Below, in pieces: positions 26,459 through 39,685 of a DNA stretch of 64,000 bases; within the stretch, counting starts at the first letter, position 1, and each line of letters opens with the position of its first letter. The DNA is from Octopus sinensis. Its lineage: Eukaryota. The notes under the pieces were generated by a model. It was not told the origin of the DNA and did no database searches. It saw only the letters and a program-made list of their open reading frames with translations. The stretch lies in the NCBI RefSeq assembly GCF_006345805.1, contig NW_021832714.1, positions 40,005 through 104,004 of the forward strand, written 5' to 3'. A program made the translations under genes and the position numbers.

Positions 26459-27475
26459 GTGGTGTGTGTATATATATGTATATGTATATGTGGGGTGTGT
26501 GGTATGTGTATATGGATGTATGTATAGCTGTATGTATATGTTGTAATATACGTATATATATGTGTAGTGTGTATGTATGTGTATGTAGGTGTATATGTAT
26601 ATGTGTATATATATTTATTGGTGTATATGTATGGACTAGTCTTCTGTGGGTGTTTTGAGGAATGTATGTGTAAGCGTGTAGACATGAATCTGTAGGTACG
26701 CGTACGTATGTGTATATATGTGAATGTGTGTAGATATATGTATGTATGAATATAACGCGTGCGTGCGTGTATGTGTATGAGTGTACGAATGAGTGTGTGT
26801 GCGTGCGAATGAGTGTGCGTGCGTGAGTGAGTGCTTGTGTTCGAGTAGAAAGATAAATGGACTTGCTGTCGTCCCCAGGGGGACGATAGCCAAGATGCTT
26901 GTGACCGCGGTCAAAGATAACAAAAGTAATAAATGAAAATAATAATAAAATTAAAATAAGGGAATGGGTTTGTATGTGTATGTATATGTGTGTATGTGTA
27001 GGTACGTATAGGTACACATGTGTATATATATATATATGTGTATATATGGACATGTGTGTGCATGTGTGTATGTATATATGTGTGTGTATGTGTGTATGTG
27101 TATGTGTGTGTATGTATATATTTGTATGTATGTATATGTATGTGTGGGCGTGTGTGTATATATACATGTATATATATATGTATATATTATATATATATAT
27201 ATGTATGTATATATGTGTGTATGTATATGGTGTGTGTGTGATATATATACATATTGTATATGTATAAGTGAGAGTCTCCTTATTTACCTAAAACTCTATT
27301 CTTCTATTTATTTTTTTAATTCTTTTATTTACTCTTTTATCTACTTTACCACTGACCCTTGACCACTCCCCTAAGTATGATATTTTTGCGCTATGCCTAC
27401 CCCCAAAAAGTCCCCCACCACCACCCCTTTAAACCTGCCTAAATGTATAAATGCCAAAAACAATTCTTGTTAACT

Positions 27476-27526
27476 AACTTCCTGATGATTTCTCTTGAAT
27501 GAAACAGTTCTAGTCCTGTAGAAGCT
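27476..27526 (+). ncRNA. Type I hammerhead ribozyme (mirror copy)
   Basis: AACTTC-CTGATGA..GAA-ACAG..CTGT-A-GAAGCT; predicted cleavage after 27520. Confidence 0.8.
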
Positions 27527-27646
27527 CCTTCTATAATATATATATATATTATATATATATAGCGGCGTCGTACGTACACTTGGTCTCATATATATATGTG
27601 TGTGTGTGTGAGTGTGTGTGTGTGTATGTATATACATATATACACA

Positions 27647-27709
<63 letters not shown>

Positions 27710-28101
27710 TACAGAAACACAGATATACATGCACACACATATATGTACTTATCCATCTGTCTAATTACAACATCAGACCATCATGCTTTTTCTCTCTTGC
27801 TCTCTATCTTTCAAACACACACACACACACCACACACACACACAACACTCTCTCTCTCTCTCTCTCTCTTTCTGTATCCAATGCAGAGACTAGTCGACGT
27901 GGGGAGCATCTGACTGAAACTATACTTTATAATAATCAGGCTTCCTCTGTCACATGTTGTCTCTGGTAGTAATATAATCAACATAATTGTTTTAACAGAA
28001 GGTTTGAATCAGAAACAAGAAAAAAGTAACCAAGCGATTGACTACCGCTCTTCTCCTCACCCCAAATACTAAACAGATATGTTTATAAAGTACAGAAAAG
28101 C

Positions 28102-28162
<61 letters not shown>

Positions 28163-28325
28163 CCGGATTCTCTCATTCTGTGAAAGTTTCTAGTTCGAAT
28201 CACACGTGGCTCGAGATGTGCCGCAGATTTGTCTATTTTGGATATATTGGGGGTACTTAGGTCTGCTCAGGACTTGGTGCTTGCTTTTTCCACGGGTATG
28301 AGTAAGTATTTCACTTATATCTCGC

Positions 28326-28394
28326 GTTTTTGCCGCTGAAGAAGGGAAAATTTATTATTAATTAACCCCGAAATTGGACCAGTACGGTAAAAAC
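28326..28394 (+). ncRNA. Type I hammerhead with 10-bp stem I (module spans about 28161-28600)
   Basis: GTTTTTGCCG-CTGAAGA-AGGG..CCCC-GAA-ATTG-GAC-CAGT-A-CGGTAAAAAC. Confidence 0.82.
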
Positions 28395-28599
28395 CAATTT
28401 TTTAGAGATTTCTATCAGTTTGTTTCGAGACGCATAAATTATAATGGTTATTGAAAAGTTTTGTCTTTTTTTCGGCATATTTGGCATTACAATTTTTCTT
28501 TTGCCCTTATCTTGTAAATTTAACCTTTAAGGTATTTTTTTATATATTGGCCATTGATAAAATTTATTTTTCCCGAAAGAAATTTTATCCTTCATTAAT

Positions 28600-28683
<84 letters not shown>

Positions 28684-28684
<1 letters not shown>

Positions 28685-28765
28685 GCCTCCTGGCTTTCCA
28701 GACCCGGTCGAACCGTCCAACCCATGCTAGCATGGAAAACGGACGTTAAACGCTGATGATGATGA

Positions 28766-28770
<5 letters not shown>
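28684..28770 (+). mobile_element. RTE-type LINE/SINE 3' tail
   Basis: cccatgctagcatggaaaacggacgttaaacg followed by (GAT)n. Confidence 0.55.
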
Positions 28771-28861
<91 letters not shown>

Positions 28862-28869
28862 GTGTGTGT

Positions 28870-29180
28870 GTAAATGTGAAAAAATACAAAATGGGACAAG
28901 AACGTAAAACATTTAGAAGACGATACAAATCAGTCAAGACCGGATCATCTTCGCAATTTCGGCTGATTAATCTTGAGATTGCTCCAATCTGGCCAGCCCC
29001 AAAGGAAAATTTAAGCCAAGCGCATTAGATTCCTTGGAAGAAAGCCTCGAATGTATACAAAACAAGGACGGAAAAGATTAGTTTTTCCTTGGGGCTGGCC
29101 GGATCGGAGCGATCTCAAGATTAATCAGCCGAAATTGCTAGGATGATCCGGTTCTTGACTGAAGATTGAAGGCTTCGAAT
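28870..29180. repeat. Family C fold-back module (imperfect ~85-bp inverted arms)
   Basis: 28930-29014 versus 29078-29162. Confidence 0.85.
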
Positions 29181-29576
29181 TATATATATAATGTGAATAT
29201 GAAATTCCTCTTCATTTCTCTGGAAATTTACATCTACACCATTGGAAATTGTGCATCTATACAAAGGATTAATTCACCCTCTCTGTAATGCTAATAAGCA
29301 GGAATTGAGACCCACCTCGTTGTGATTAGCAATGGATAAATTTGTCGTCTGTGAGTATGTAATCCCTCCTCATATCTCTGGAAATTCATATGTACACTAT
29401 GGATTAAGTCACCTTCTCTGTGATGCTATTAAAAATTTTTAAAATTCGTGATAAGACTGTACATCATCTTTAAAGAACTTTAATGAACTTTGGAAATCTG
29501 TTTATGTTACTTAATTATCTACATTACTTCATGAGTATAGCCTCAACCACTAGGATGTCTAGAGAACTCACATGTA

Positions 29577-29667
29577 TTTTAGCTGATGAGTACGGGACAC
29601 GTTTATATGCTGCAATTTTTGCAACTTTTAATAAAGCCTGTCCTTGTATGAAACGATTGTACTAAAA
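29577..29667 (+). ncRNA. Type I hammerhead with extended stem II
   Basis: TTTTAG-CTGATGA-GTACGGGACA..TGCAA-TTT-TTGCA..TGTCCTTGTAT-GAA-ACGATTGT-A-CTAAAA. Confidence 0.82.
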
Positions 29668-29812
29668 ACCTATCCATTCTTGTTGCTTCTTTCTCGCTTA
29701 TAATCACCCCACATTACTGTATTGTAAAAACGTATAGTTTTTGGGTGCATCTAAGTTAGGTACCATATTCAAGTAAATTCATTTAAATAACTTGAATCTT
29801 TATTGCTTTTTG

Positions 29813-29847
<35 letters not shown>

Positions 29848-29976
29848 TATATATTAATTTTATGTAGAAAAATACAAACTGGGACAAGAACGTAAAACAT
29901 TTAGAAGACGATACAAAAAACACGGACGGGACATTCGAAGCCTTCAATCTTCAGTCAATATATATATATTTATATA

Positions 29977-30305
29977 TGGCTCAGTGGTTAGAGCGTCGAG
30001 CTTACGATCGTGAGGTTGTGAGCTCGAATCCCGGACCGGGCTGCATGTTGTGTTCTTGAGCAAGACACTTTATTTCACATTGCTCCAGTTCACTCAGCTG
30101 TAGAAATGGGTCGCGACGTCACAGGTGCCAAGCTGTATCGACCTTTGTCTTTCCCTTGGATAACACTGGTGGCGTGGAGAGGGAAGGCCGGTATGCATGG
30201 GCGACTCCTGGTCTTCCATAAAAACAACCTTGCCCAGACTTGTGCCTCAGAGGGTAACTCTCTAGGTGCAAACCCATGGTCACTCATGACCGATGGGGAT
30301 CTTTT
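29977..30305 (+). mobile_element. tRNA-derived SINE family 4
   Basis: tggctcagtggttagagcg..gagctcgaatccc head; ttcttgagcaagacacttt..cactcagctgtagaaatggg core. Confidence 0.85.
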
Positions 30306-30435
30306 ATATATATATATATATATAAATTAGAAAAAAACACCTTTTATCAATTCGAAATGAACAATTAAATCACACCATCTAGAAAATTACATTTAATAGA
30401 AATATTAAAAATAAAATAACAATAATATACCGATG

Positions 30436-30990
30436 ATTAAGTGGCCATGCTGGGGCACCGCCAGTGTAATCACTTTTTAATCGGCCAATTCTATGGGATT
30501 GGCTTTTGGTGAAGGGGGATGTTCGATACTGCTGCCCCCTTTTGCGTTTGCTGCCTTGATATTGGTTCATCTTGAATCTTGGATAGTAAGAGGTTAAGTT
30601 GTTTCTTGAAAACTTCTACTCCCACAGCATGGAGATACCTCAGATGTTTTGGCAAGGAGCTAAATGGCTGTGGGCCCTTGAATCCTAAGCTATTGCAGTA
30701 GATGATCCTCGCCTTAGATGAGACAGCTGGGACTTTTAGAGCCGTGCAGTGACTTCCATTTGCAAAATTATGACTGGGTGTTGAAACAATTAATGAATCA
30801 CTCAAATGTAGATTTGATGTATCTTGACTTTGCAAAGACCTCTGATAAGGTTGGTCATGGGTTGATATGTCACAAACTACGGAGACTCAGCATAACTGGG
30901 AAAATTGGAGTGTGGTTGCATGACTTCTTAAAAGACAGGAGCCAGGCTGTTGCAGCCAACGAAGCGCTGTCTACGGAGACATTAATAGAA
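30436..30990. pseudogene. CR1-clade LINE with 5' inversion
   Basis: Minus 30436-30760 is the C-terminus and 3' UTR (YCNSLGFKGP..LPKHLR..FKKQL); plus 30762-30990 is RT (YLDFAKTSDKVGHG..WLHDFLKDRSQAV). Confidence 0.85.
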
Positions 30991-31236
30991 AGTTCGAACG
31001 GACTTTACTGCGATTTTTGAACACCAGGAGATCTCCTCTTTTTCGTTTTTCACTTGTTTGCGATTTTTTTGGACTCCGCGTAGATAAATAGGAAAATTAT
31101 GATACTCTGAAAAAATTCTTTTTTCTAAAATTTTAATTAAAAAAAAAAAATTGACACCCTGCTTTCTACACTGTGCGCTCCAGTATTCCGGATGGTTTCA
31201 AACTTGTTCATGCATGAGTGATTTTCAACCAGCGCA

Positions 31237-31450
31237 AGGCGGTGAGCTGGCAGAATCATTAGCACGCTGGATGGAATGCTTAGTGGTATTTCGCCCGTCG
31301 CTACGTTCTGAGTTCAAATTCCACCAAGATCGACTTTGCTTTCACCCTTTCGGGGCCGATAATTTGAGTACCAGTTGCGTACTGGGGTTGATCTAGTGGA
31401 CTGACCCCCACCCAAATTTCGAGCCTTGTGCCTAGAGTTGAAAAGGATTT
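31237..31450 (+). mobile_element. SINE family 1 (variant tail)
   Basis: ggcggtgagctggcagaatc.. core, tail gccttgtgcctagagttgaaaagga. Confidence 0.85.
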
Positions 31451-31770
31451 TCAACCCGAGCATGAGGTTAAGCCTAGAAGGTCTCTTCACATGCTATAAA
31501 TAACAGCCAAATCTCTTGAGTTTTTTTTATAATTTCACATAAACAAAAACGGAAATTGCAGTTGTACAAAAAACTTTTATTTTCAAAAATTTCAATTTTT
31601 ATGTAAGCAAAAATATATTCAATCAAATATAAATAAGAAGAATAAAATTACAGAACACAAGAGTCTTTACTACTCAAAGTACATATTTTCTGAATTTTAG
31701 CAAAAAGGAAAGCATTTACTTCAAGAAATGTGTTTTACAAGTCAAAAACATTCACTATCAGCAGTGTGTA

Positions 31771-32115
31771 GAGGCGCAATGGCCCAGTGCTTAGGGCAGC
31801 GGACTCGCGGTCGGAGGGTCCCGGTTTCGCCAAACCGGACGTTGTGTGTGTTTATTGAGCGAAAACACCTAAAGCGACACGAGGCTCCGGCAGGGGGTGG
31901 TGGCGACCCCTGTTGTACTCTTTCGTTCCACCTTTCTCTCACCCTTTCTTCCTACGCAACCGCTGAGCCTGGATGTGCATTCATCCATCCGTCGATGCTC
32001 TCGGTGTCGGGGGTTGACCTGCTTTCTCTTCTGCGGGTCTTACGAATAGCAAAGGACCACGTTTCGGACTTCTCCCGTCTTACGAGCTCTTGGACGAAGA
32101 CCGTTCGCTCAACAG
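31771..32115 (+). mobile_element. SINE family 3
   Basis: Matches 4525-4900. Confidence 0.85.
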
Positions 32116-33238
32116 CAACAGCAGCAACCATCAGCAGCAGCATGGTCATCATTAATACAGCTACCGCCATCGTCACCAACATCAATACCACCACTACCAT
32201 CATCGTCAACAGACCGTATCATGTCTAACTACAAGAGAAAGACAGAATAAAAGGAATGTAGAAAGATAGAAACGATAAGAAGTACGTTTGAACGGCGCCA
32301 TGATTCTGTCGTACCTTCAACGACCGGAGAAAGATCAAAAGGTCACTTTATCCTTTTTAATCTCCAAGTGCTGAGAAACGAAAACAAAGGCTTTAAATTT
32401 GTTTAGCAATTAATAAAAATGAGGACTCGGTTTATAATCTCAACTTCAGTTATTCCGTGACTGGAGAAATCCTCAATGAATTATTATTATTATTATTATT
32501 TTTATTTTTTGCGAAAAATAACAATGTATTTTTTGTAGCGAACATTCAAAACCGAAAGTTTTGCGATAACAGAAAAAATACAATTGTGGGTTTTAAGTGA
32601 ACGAGTTTAAAAACCATCAGGAATATTGGTGTGGATATGGGCGTAGGGGGAGGAGGGGTGTTTGTAAAAAGGTATTTTTTCAGATTCATAATCTCTGTAT
32701 CTACGTGGAATCCCCACATGGAGAGATTATGAAAACTGAAAAACAAGAAATTGGGGTGGGGGTGGGGGTAGAATTTTAACTTTAAAATGTTGAATTTTCT
32801 GCATTCTGTACATTCGACTAAAAATTCTCCAAGGCGGTGCCCCAGCATGGCCGCAGTCTAATGACTGAAACAAGTAAAGAAAAAGAAAAGAAAAGAAAAA
32901 AAACGCAAAATATAATCGAGGGGTTTTTGCCCGCTTTCGCACTATAACTAAGGGGATTTTGTCCTAGGGTCTTTTTTTGTCCGGATCCCAAGATGCATAC
33001 ATTCTTACTATGTGTGTGTGCGTGTGTGTGTGCGCGCGCGCGCGCGCGTGTGTGTGCGTGCGTGCGTGCGTGTGCGTGTGTGTGTATTATATATACATAT
33101 CTGTGTGTGTGCAAGTGTTATGTATGCATAATAGTCGCACACAACTGGGGTTTAAATTTATTCAATGTTATCTTAAAGGATTACATAATATTATATATTT
33201 TGCAACTCCACCATCATCCGGTGTAATATAATTTAAAC

Positions 33239-33540
33239 CAAAGGTTCTCAGCCATTTTTTTTATCTATGGATCCTTTTGATTACTATTTCATTCTGGTGG
33301 ATCCCCATAGCCATTTGATGTTTAAAAACTAGTTTTATAGAAACTTCTTTCAAAATTCCTATTGTGTAGGTTGAACTTTGTAAAACGTTGAAGAAAGAAA
33401 CTCAGCTGTTTCTTGCAATACACACCAAAACATACACCTAAAGCAAAATTTTCTCAGAGGCCCTTAAAATACTTTTGTAGATCTCCAATTTACTTATATG
33501 GACCCTCAGGGGCCGAATTGACGCCGTTTGATAACTACTG
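33239..33540. mobile_element. hAT MITE
   Basis: caaaggttctca...tgataactactg ends; 8-bp TSD atttaaac/atctaaac. Confidence 0.78.
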
Positions 33541-33906
33541 ATCTAAACGGCCAACAAGGGACTTAGCCTACTTATTTCAGCTAAGATGAACATTTCAATC
33601 TATAGAAGAGAAAGTAGGAGTGATGAAATAGGCAATTAACAAACATAGAAAATCATGGAAGGGTAGAATAAAATAAATCCAATTTAAATCTAATTTATAG
33701 TCCAACGTAGCAACATCAAAAGAATCTGAAGTTACTATAGACACAGCGGTGCCAGGGTGTATATCAAATGGTCGTCATATACATAGAGAACTACCCACCT
33801 GTTAAATAGAGACAAGTACAAGCGATATAGCCCAACGCCAAACATCTTAACTGTCGTACACTCTCACCGCTTCATCCTTACAATAGATAGACAAAACTAC
33901 GTACAC

Positions 33907-34618
33907 TAGGGTGGAGCGTTTTTTCACGATTTTCGATTTCGTAACGGGGTAGGGCGGAAAAATTGTGAATGGACATCAAAATATTTTCTGTCATCACAAA
34001 AGCATAGGAAAATGGAAATTAACACCTTTACTTATTTATCAGGTATAAAATACAGTTTTCATTGCATCTTCTCCGGGTAGTTTTTAAATGACTGTGATGA
34101 CATTACTCTAAAATACGACTTAAACATGTTTCTTTTTGGTGATTTCATCATCTGCTTCTACAAACGCCTCAAAATATGCAAAAATATCGTAAACATTGTA
34201 ATTTGTCGAATTCAGAAAAATTTTCATATCGATGTAAATTACGATACACACCCGTCCCTCCTTGTGGAGGCAGAAGATGAAGTCAAAGAAAACAAAAACA
34301 TGCGGTGCCCCAGCATGGCCATAGCTCGTGAGCTGAAACTAGAATCAATCAATCAATCATATTGAAGTCGTATTTTAGAGTAATTCCATACCAGTCATTA
34401 AAAAGCTAACCGAAGAAGATGTAACGAAACCTGTATTTTATAGCGAATAAATAAGTAGAGGCATTCCCCACCATTCTTTCCGTTATTCGATGCATTTTTT
34501 GGAAAATATTGTCGCAGAGTTTCTAAGATTTCACACCAGGTATTTTGGTGTCCATTTACAAATTTTCCGCACTACCCCTATCACATAATCGAAAGTCGTG
34601 AAAAAACGCTCCACCCTG
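33907..34618. mobile_element. Non-autonomous DNA transposon with ~80-bp TIRs (hAT-like)
   Basis: tagggtggagcgttttttcacga.. versus ..tcgtgaaaaaacgctccaccctg; flanks acgtacac/aagcacac. Confidence 0.85.
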
Positions 34619-35332
34619 AAGCACACACACTTACACACTGATGACATTGCATATAAAATATATAGCTGAAATTATACCTGATAATGGGGAAATAACAACA
34701 ATCTTACGTAATCTTTTACGACTAGATTGAATAAATTGCTATCGAAACAGCTGTTGTTGATTTAAGCGTAATTTTTGTGCTGCTATTTTATACTTACGCT
34801 GCACCGAAGTTCCAGCGGTGAGTCGGATTGTTGGTTCTTAATTAAACTCGGTATTTACATAACTAAAGTATTCTATTAGCATTTAATATATACAATATTG
34901 TGTTATATAGCTGTCAGCTTTAGGTAATTATAACTAGCTTTTTCCTGGCGTTTTACATGTTGATATGGTTCGATTTTAAATGAATCCTTACAAATAAAGT
35001 GCACACACACACACACACACATGCATGATTATGTGTGTGTATATATATAGGTGATATATATATATATAGATATAGAATTAAAATCAAAATGAGGGTGAAA
35101 AAATTGGATATTAATTTAAGAACATCAATTTAACACCAGTGCTAGCTCATTAAAAACTGGTAAATATTATTAATACATAAATATGAGAGAGAATCCACTA
35201 TGTGGACGCTCTTACGCTAAAGATAGATCCGCAAGGGTCTCAACCACTATGAATTGTTCTCAAGAAAAATTTAGCACACTATGAACGTAAGCGAGCAGGA
35301 CAAATGAAAAATAACAAAAATATAGATTAACC

Positions 35333-35403
35333 CCATACAATTGTTTCACTGTTAATAAATAATGCAATTTTACATACACAGTTAATCTACAGATCATCAG
35401 TGA
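35333..35403 (-). ncRNA. Type I hammerhead (module spans about 35070-35532)
   Basis: TCA-CTGATGA-TCTGT..ACAGT-GAA-ACAATTGT-A-TGG; palindromic stem III. Confidence 0.68.
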
Positions 35404-35540
35404 TATTCGTCATAAAATATAATTTGTTGAACTGCTCGCCAGATATTAACACCAGGTCAAAAATACAAGTAGTTCGGCCTATTATATTCGCAGTTATATT
35501 CAAATGCCCTCGTTCTAGCGCGCCAAATTCCTATATATAT

Positions 35541-35648
35541 AGGCCTGCTCGCCTAGCCAGCGGAGTGGCGTCATTTGAAGGCTAAAACAAAGCGCATTGT
35601 GACTAGCGATGTGTAGCAACATCTGATAGCCTGGTCGGTCACGGTGAT
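35541..35648 (+). mobile_element. Short retroposon 3' tail
   Basis: Reverse-complement copy at 48893-49010. Confidence 0.65.
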
Positions 35649-35743
35649 ATATATATATGCACACATACATACATACATACATACATACATACATACATAC
35701 ATACATACATACATACATACATACATACATACATACATGCATG

Positions 35744-35779
<36 letters not shown>

Positions 35780-35789
35780 TATGTATATA

Positions 35790-36060
35790 GTTGAAATTTA
35801 TAGAAAAATAAAAGACGAAGACTGGTCTATGAACAACAAACAAGTGTATTTATTAGTTTGATGCTCTGGAAAAATGAAAAAGTCTTTTACGCTTCGAGCC
35901 TACGCTCTTCAACAGAAAGGAACAAGAGAAAATAAACAGGGAGAGAATGAAAAAACTTGTAATTTCAGGGGTACAATATGGCGAATGATTGGGGAAAAAA
36001 GGTTGAAAGAAAGGGAGATAATTAAAAAAGAGAGGTTGAGTGAAAGGGAGATAATAAAAT
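35790..36060 (-). mobile_element. Family A pLTR module with mutated hammerhead at 35884-35919
   Basis: CTTT-CTGTTGA-AGAGC-GTAG-GCTC-GAA-GCGT-A-AAAG. Confidence 0.7.
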
Positions 36061-36812
36061 GCTAGTGGTCCCAAAAAGAGAAGGTGCGGCTGCGTACGTA
36101 TGTGAGAATGGTGTGTATGTGTGGATATGGGCGAGTGACTTTGACGTGTGTGAGTGTGTGTTATGTATATGTATAAAACACATTCAATGTGAACAGGAGT
36201 TGTTTGTTGAACTGGGTTAAGTGTCATCAGCTTGAGGCAATTTTGTATCCCAGACTCCAGCACTGCACTGTATCGTTGGCCTCATTGACTTGATGTTCCC
36301 CTAGATGGACGTAGACATTTAGATGTTGGTAAATAAGTGAAAATAAACAGAACAGAAGAAGACAAAAAGAAACAATAAAAGAAATGAGAAAGAGAAGGAA
36401 GGAAGGAAGGAAGGAAGGATGAAAGATAAGAGGAGAGAAAGAAAGAATGAGGGAAAGAGAGAGAGAGAGAGAGAGGAAGGGGAGAGACAGAGAGAGAAAG
36501 ACGGAGAGAGAGAGAGAGGAGGCGAGAGTGTCAAGAAGGAAAGTCAAATTGACAGACAGAAACCATCTGGAAATGATGATGATGATGATGAAGGTAATAA
36601 TGAAATTGATAGTGCTAATGGAGATGATGATGATGGTGGTGGTGGTGGTGATGGTGGTGGTGGTGATGGTGGTGGTGGTGGTGGTGATGGTGGTAGTGGT
36701 GATGGTGATGATGGTGATGGGGGTGAAAGTGGTGATGTGGTAGTGATGATGATGGTAATAATGAAATTGATAGTGCTAATGGAGATGATGATGATGGTGA
36801 TGGTGGTTATGG

Positions 36813-37170
36813 TGGTGATAGGGGTGAAGGTGGTAGTGGTGATGGTGGTGTTGGTGAGGGGGGTGATAGGGGTGAAGGTGGTAGTGGTGATGGTGGTGTT
36901 GGTGAGGGGGGTGATAGGGGTGAAGGTGGTAGTGGTGATGGTGGTGTTGGTGAGGGGGGTGATAGGGGTGAAGGTGGTAGTGGTGATGGTGGTGTTGGTG
37001 AGGGGGGTGATAGGGGTGAAGGTGGTAGTGGTGATGGTGGTGTTGGTGAGGGGGGTGATAGGGGTGAAGGTGGTAGTGGTGATGGTGGTGTTGGTGAGGG
37101 GGGGTGATGGGGGTGAAGGTGGTAGTGGTGATGGTGGTGTTGGTGATGGGGGTGATGGGGGTGAAGGTGG
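36813..37170. repeat. 48-bp G-rich minisatellite, about 7 copies
   Basis: Unit gataggggtgaaggtggtagtggtgatggtggtgttggtgagggggggt-like, inside a GGT/GAT microsatellite field. Confidence 0.9.
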
Positions 37171-37181
37171 TGATGTGGTAG

Positions 37182-37215
<34 letters not shown>

Positions 37216-38773
37216 AATGGTGACGGTGATGATTGTGATGATGAGGGTAATAATGAAGCTGATGATGATGATGATGATGATGGTAATGGTTGTGGCGGTG
37301 GTGGAGGTGATGATGATGATGATGATGATGCCTGTTGTATTGGTGCCGGTGCTAGTTTGACAGTTGATGTCATGTTGACCTTTTTAGAGGTTGTAGACAA
37401 GTTGAATTAATTAAGCATGTAGTACAGGTGGGAAGACATGGAGCTTAGACTAGAAAAAAAGGGTGGGCGGGGTGGGGTGGGGGTGCGGAGAGGGTACAGA
37501 GAAACATTGACGAAAATGGAGATCGGAGTCGGGGTAGGATGGGGGTGGGGCAAGACAAAAATATAAAATAGAGAATAATAATTGCTAAAAAAACGTGTTG
37601 GCGGTGGTTGTGGCGATGGCGGTGGTGGTGGTGGCGGTGTCTGGAAGTGAATAAACAAAGGGGGACATAATAGCGAAGTAGAGAGAAAGGGTTAAGACAG
37701 AGGGAGAGAGAGAGAGAGAGAGGAGAAGGAGAAAGGGGGTAGTTGAGGGTGGGTGGGGTAAGATAGGAAGTAGGAGGAAGTTGAACTTTTTAATGTTGTG
37801 AAGTGGTGATGGTAGTGGTGGTGGTGGTAGTAATTGTTGCGCTGAGTGTTAGTAGTGGTGGTGGTAGTTGTGGTGGTGAGAATGGTAGTGATGGGGTGAT
37901 AGTAGTGGTGGTAGTGGTAGTGGTGGTGGGGTAGTGGTAGTAGTGATGGTTGTGATATTGGTGGTAGTATTAGAGGTAGTACTGGTAGTTGTAGTGGTGG
38001 TGTTGGTGATGGTGGTGGTAGTGGTGGTGGTAGTTGTGGCGGTGGTGGTGGTAGTGGTTATGGTAGTGTTGCTGGTAGTGGTTATGGAAGTGTTGGCGGT
38101 ATTGCTGTGGTGGTGATGGTAGTAGTGGTGATGGTAGTGGTGGTGGTGATGGTAGTGGTGGCAGTGGTGGTGGTAGTAGTGGTGGTGATGGTAGTGGTGG
38201 TGGTGATGGTAGTGGTGGCAGTGGTGGTGGTAGTAGTGGTGGTGATGGTAGTGGTGGTATTTGTGGTGATGGTGATAGTGGTGGTGGCAGTGGTGGTGGT
38301 AGTGGTAGTGGTGGTAGCGGTGGTGATGGTTGTGTTGAGAGTGGTGGTGGTAGTGGTGATAGTGGTGGTGGTGGTGGTAGTGATAGTGGTGGTGGTGGTG
38401 GTGGTAGTGGTGGTGAGAGTGGTGGTGGTAGTGGTGGTGGTGATGGTAGTGGTGGTATTTGTGGTGGTGGTGGTGATGGTGCTAGTAATAGTTCTAGTGC
38501 TGGTTGTAGCGGTGCGGCTGGTATTAATGACTAACAACCACAACTGACGATTTGGTCTCAAATATGTGACGAACGGACACTGCTTGGTTTAATACCACCA
38601 CCTGACACTTTGGGTACCTTTAGTGGACGCCACTCGGTTTGTAAACATTTAAGGACGGGTTTCCAATTTGGGGAGACCTTTCTCCCTCTTTTTCTACCCA
38701 CCTCTTACTCGTCTTGGGGGCCCTGTAAAGGCTCACGGGCACTATCTTTCTGGTCAAAGGTTAAAAAATAATC

Positions 38774-38849
<76 letters not shown>

Positions 38850-38882
38850 GTTATCATTATTATTATTATTATTATAATTATT

Positions 38883-38973
<91 letters not shown>

Positions 38974-39161
38974 CGACGACGACGACGACGATTATCATTA
39001 TAATCATGATCATCATCTTCATCGTCATGACCATTATTGTTGTCATCATCAACAGCATCATCATCATAATCGTCACCATGATCACAAATATGATCATCAT
39101 CATTATTGCAGTTCTCGTTAAGATCATTAATCATCATCATAATTGTCATCCTCTCCACCGC

Positions 39162-39206
<45 letters not shown>

Positions 39207-39685
39207 TACCACCACCATCATTGTCGTGGTGGTGGTTGATATCTTCGTAGACGCAAGTCACCATCACACGACGACGACGACGACCATCACCGCCATCACC
39301 GCCACCGCCACCACCACCATGGTGATCTCATATCAAGATAAACAACACATGCAGGTGGGGGCCCAGTTAGAATTTTCTACAGGTCGAGTAACCCACCCCG
39401 CTCAAGATGTCCCTGAATAAGGGTTGTTTAAGGATGTTGAATGAAACACCCATGTTTCCAGAGGTGAATCATTCAGACTCCAAAGAATCCCTCTCAACAC
39501 ATGGCTACGGTGCTCCCCCACTACTTCTGCTCATGATCAGAGATGCACATATCGTTAGCGACTAAGGGACATGATCAACTGGTTAAGGTCAAACAACTGA
39601 CAAGAAAATCTGTGGTATTGAGCAGAATATTTGCTGTAGCCCATCTTTTATACCAAGACAAATTATTATTATTATTATTATTATG

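Larger units (their letters stand above)
24991..27535. mobile_element. Large fold-back element with ~600-bp inverted arms, each carrying a hammerhead
   Basis: 25070-25685 is the reverse complement of 26948-27535; simple-repeat spacer; TA tracts outside both arms. Confidence 0.88.

Noticed and set aside
29977-30050. Possible tRNA gene (also 4525 and 10362)
   Set aside because: Continues into a SINE body and lacks a proper acceptor stem
34638-34760. CTGATGA..GAAA and CTGATAA..GAAACAGCTGT motifs
   Set aside because: Core mutated or stem I unpaired; probably a decayed ribozyme module, not supportable
36419-39420. Long poly-Val/Met/His/Thr ORFs, and similar ones across the window
   Set aside because: They are translations of trinucleotide and dinucleotide microsatellites
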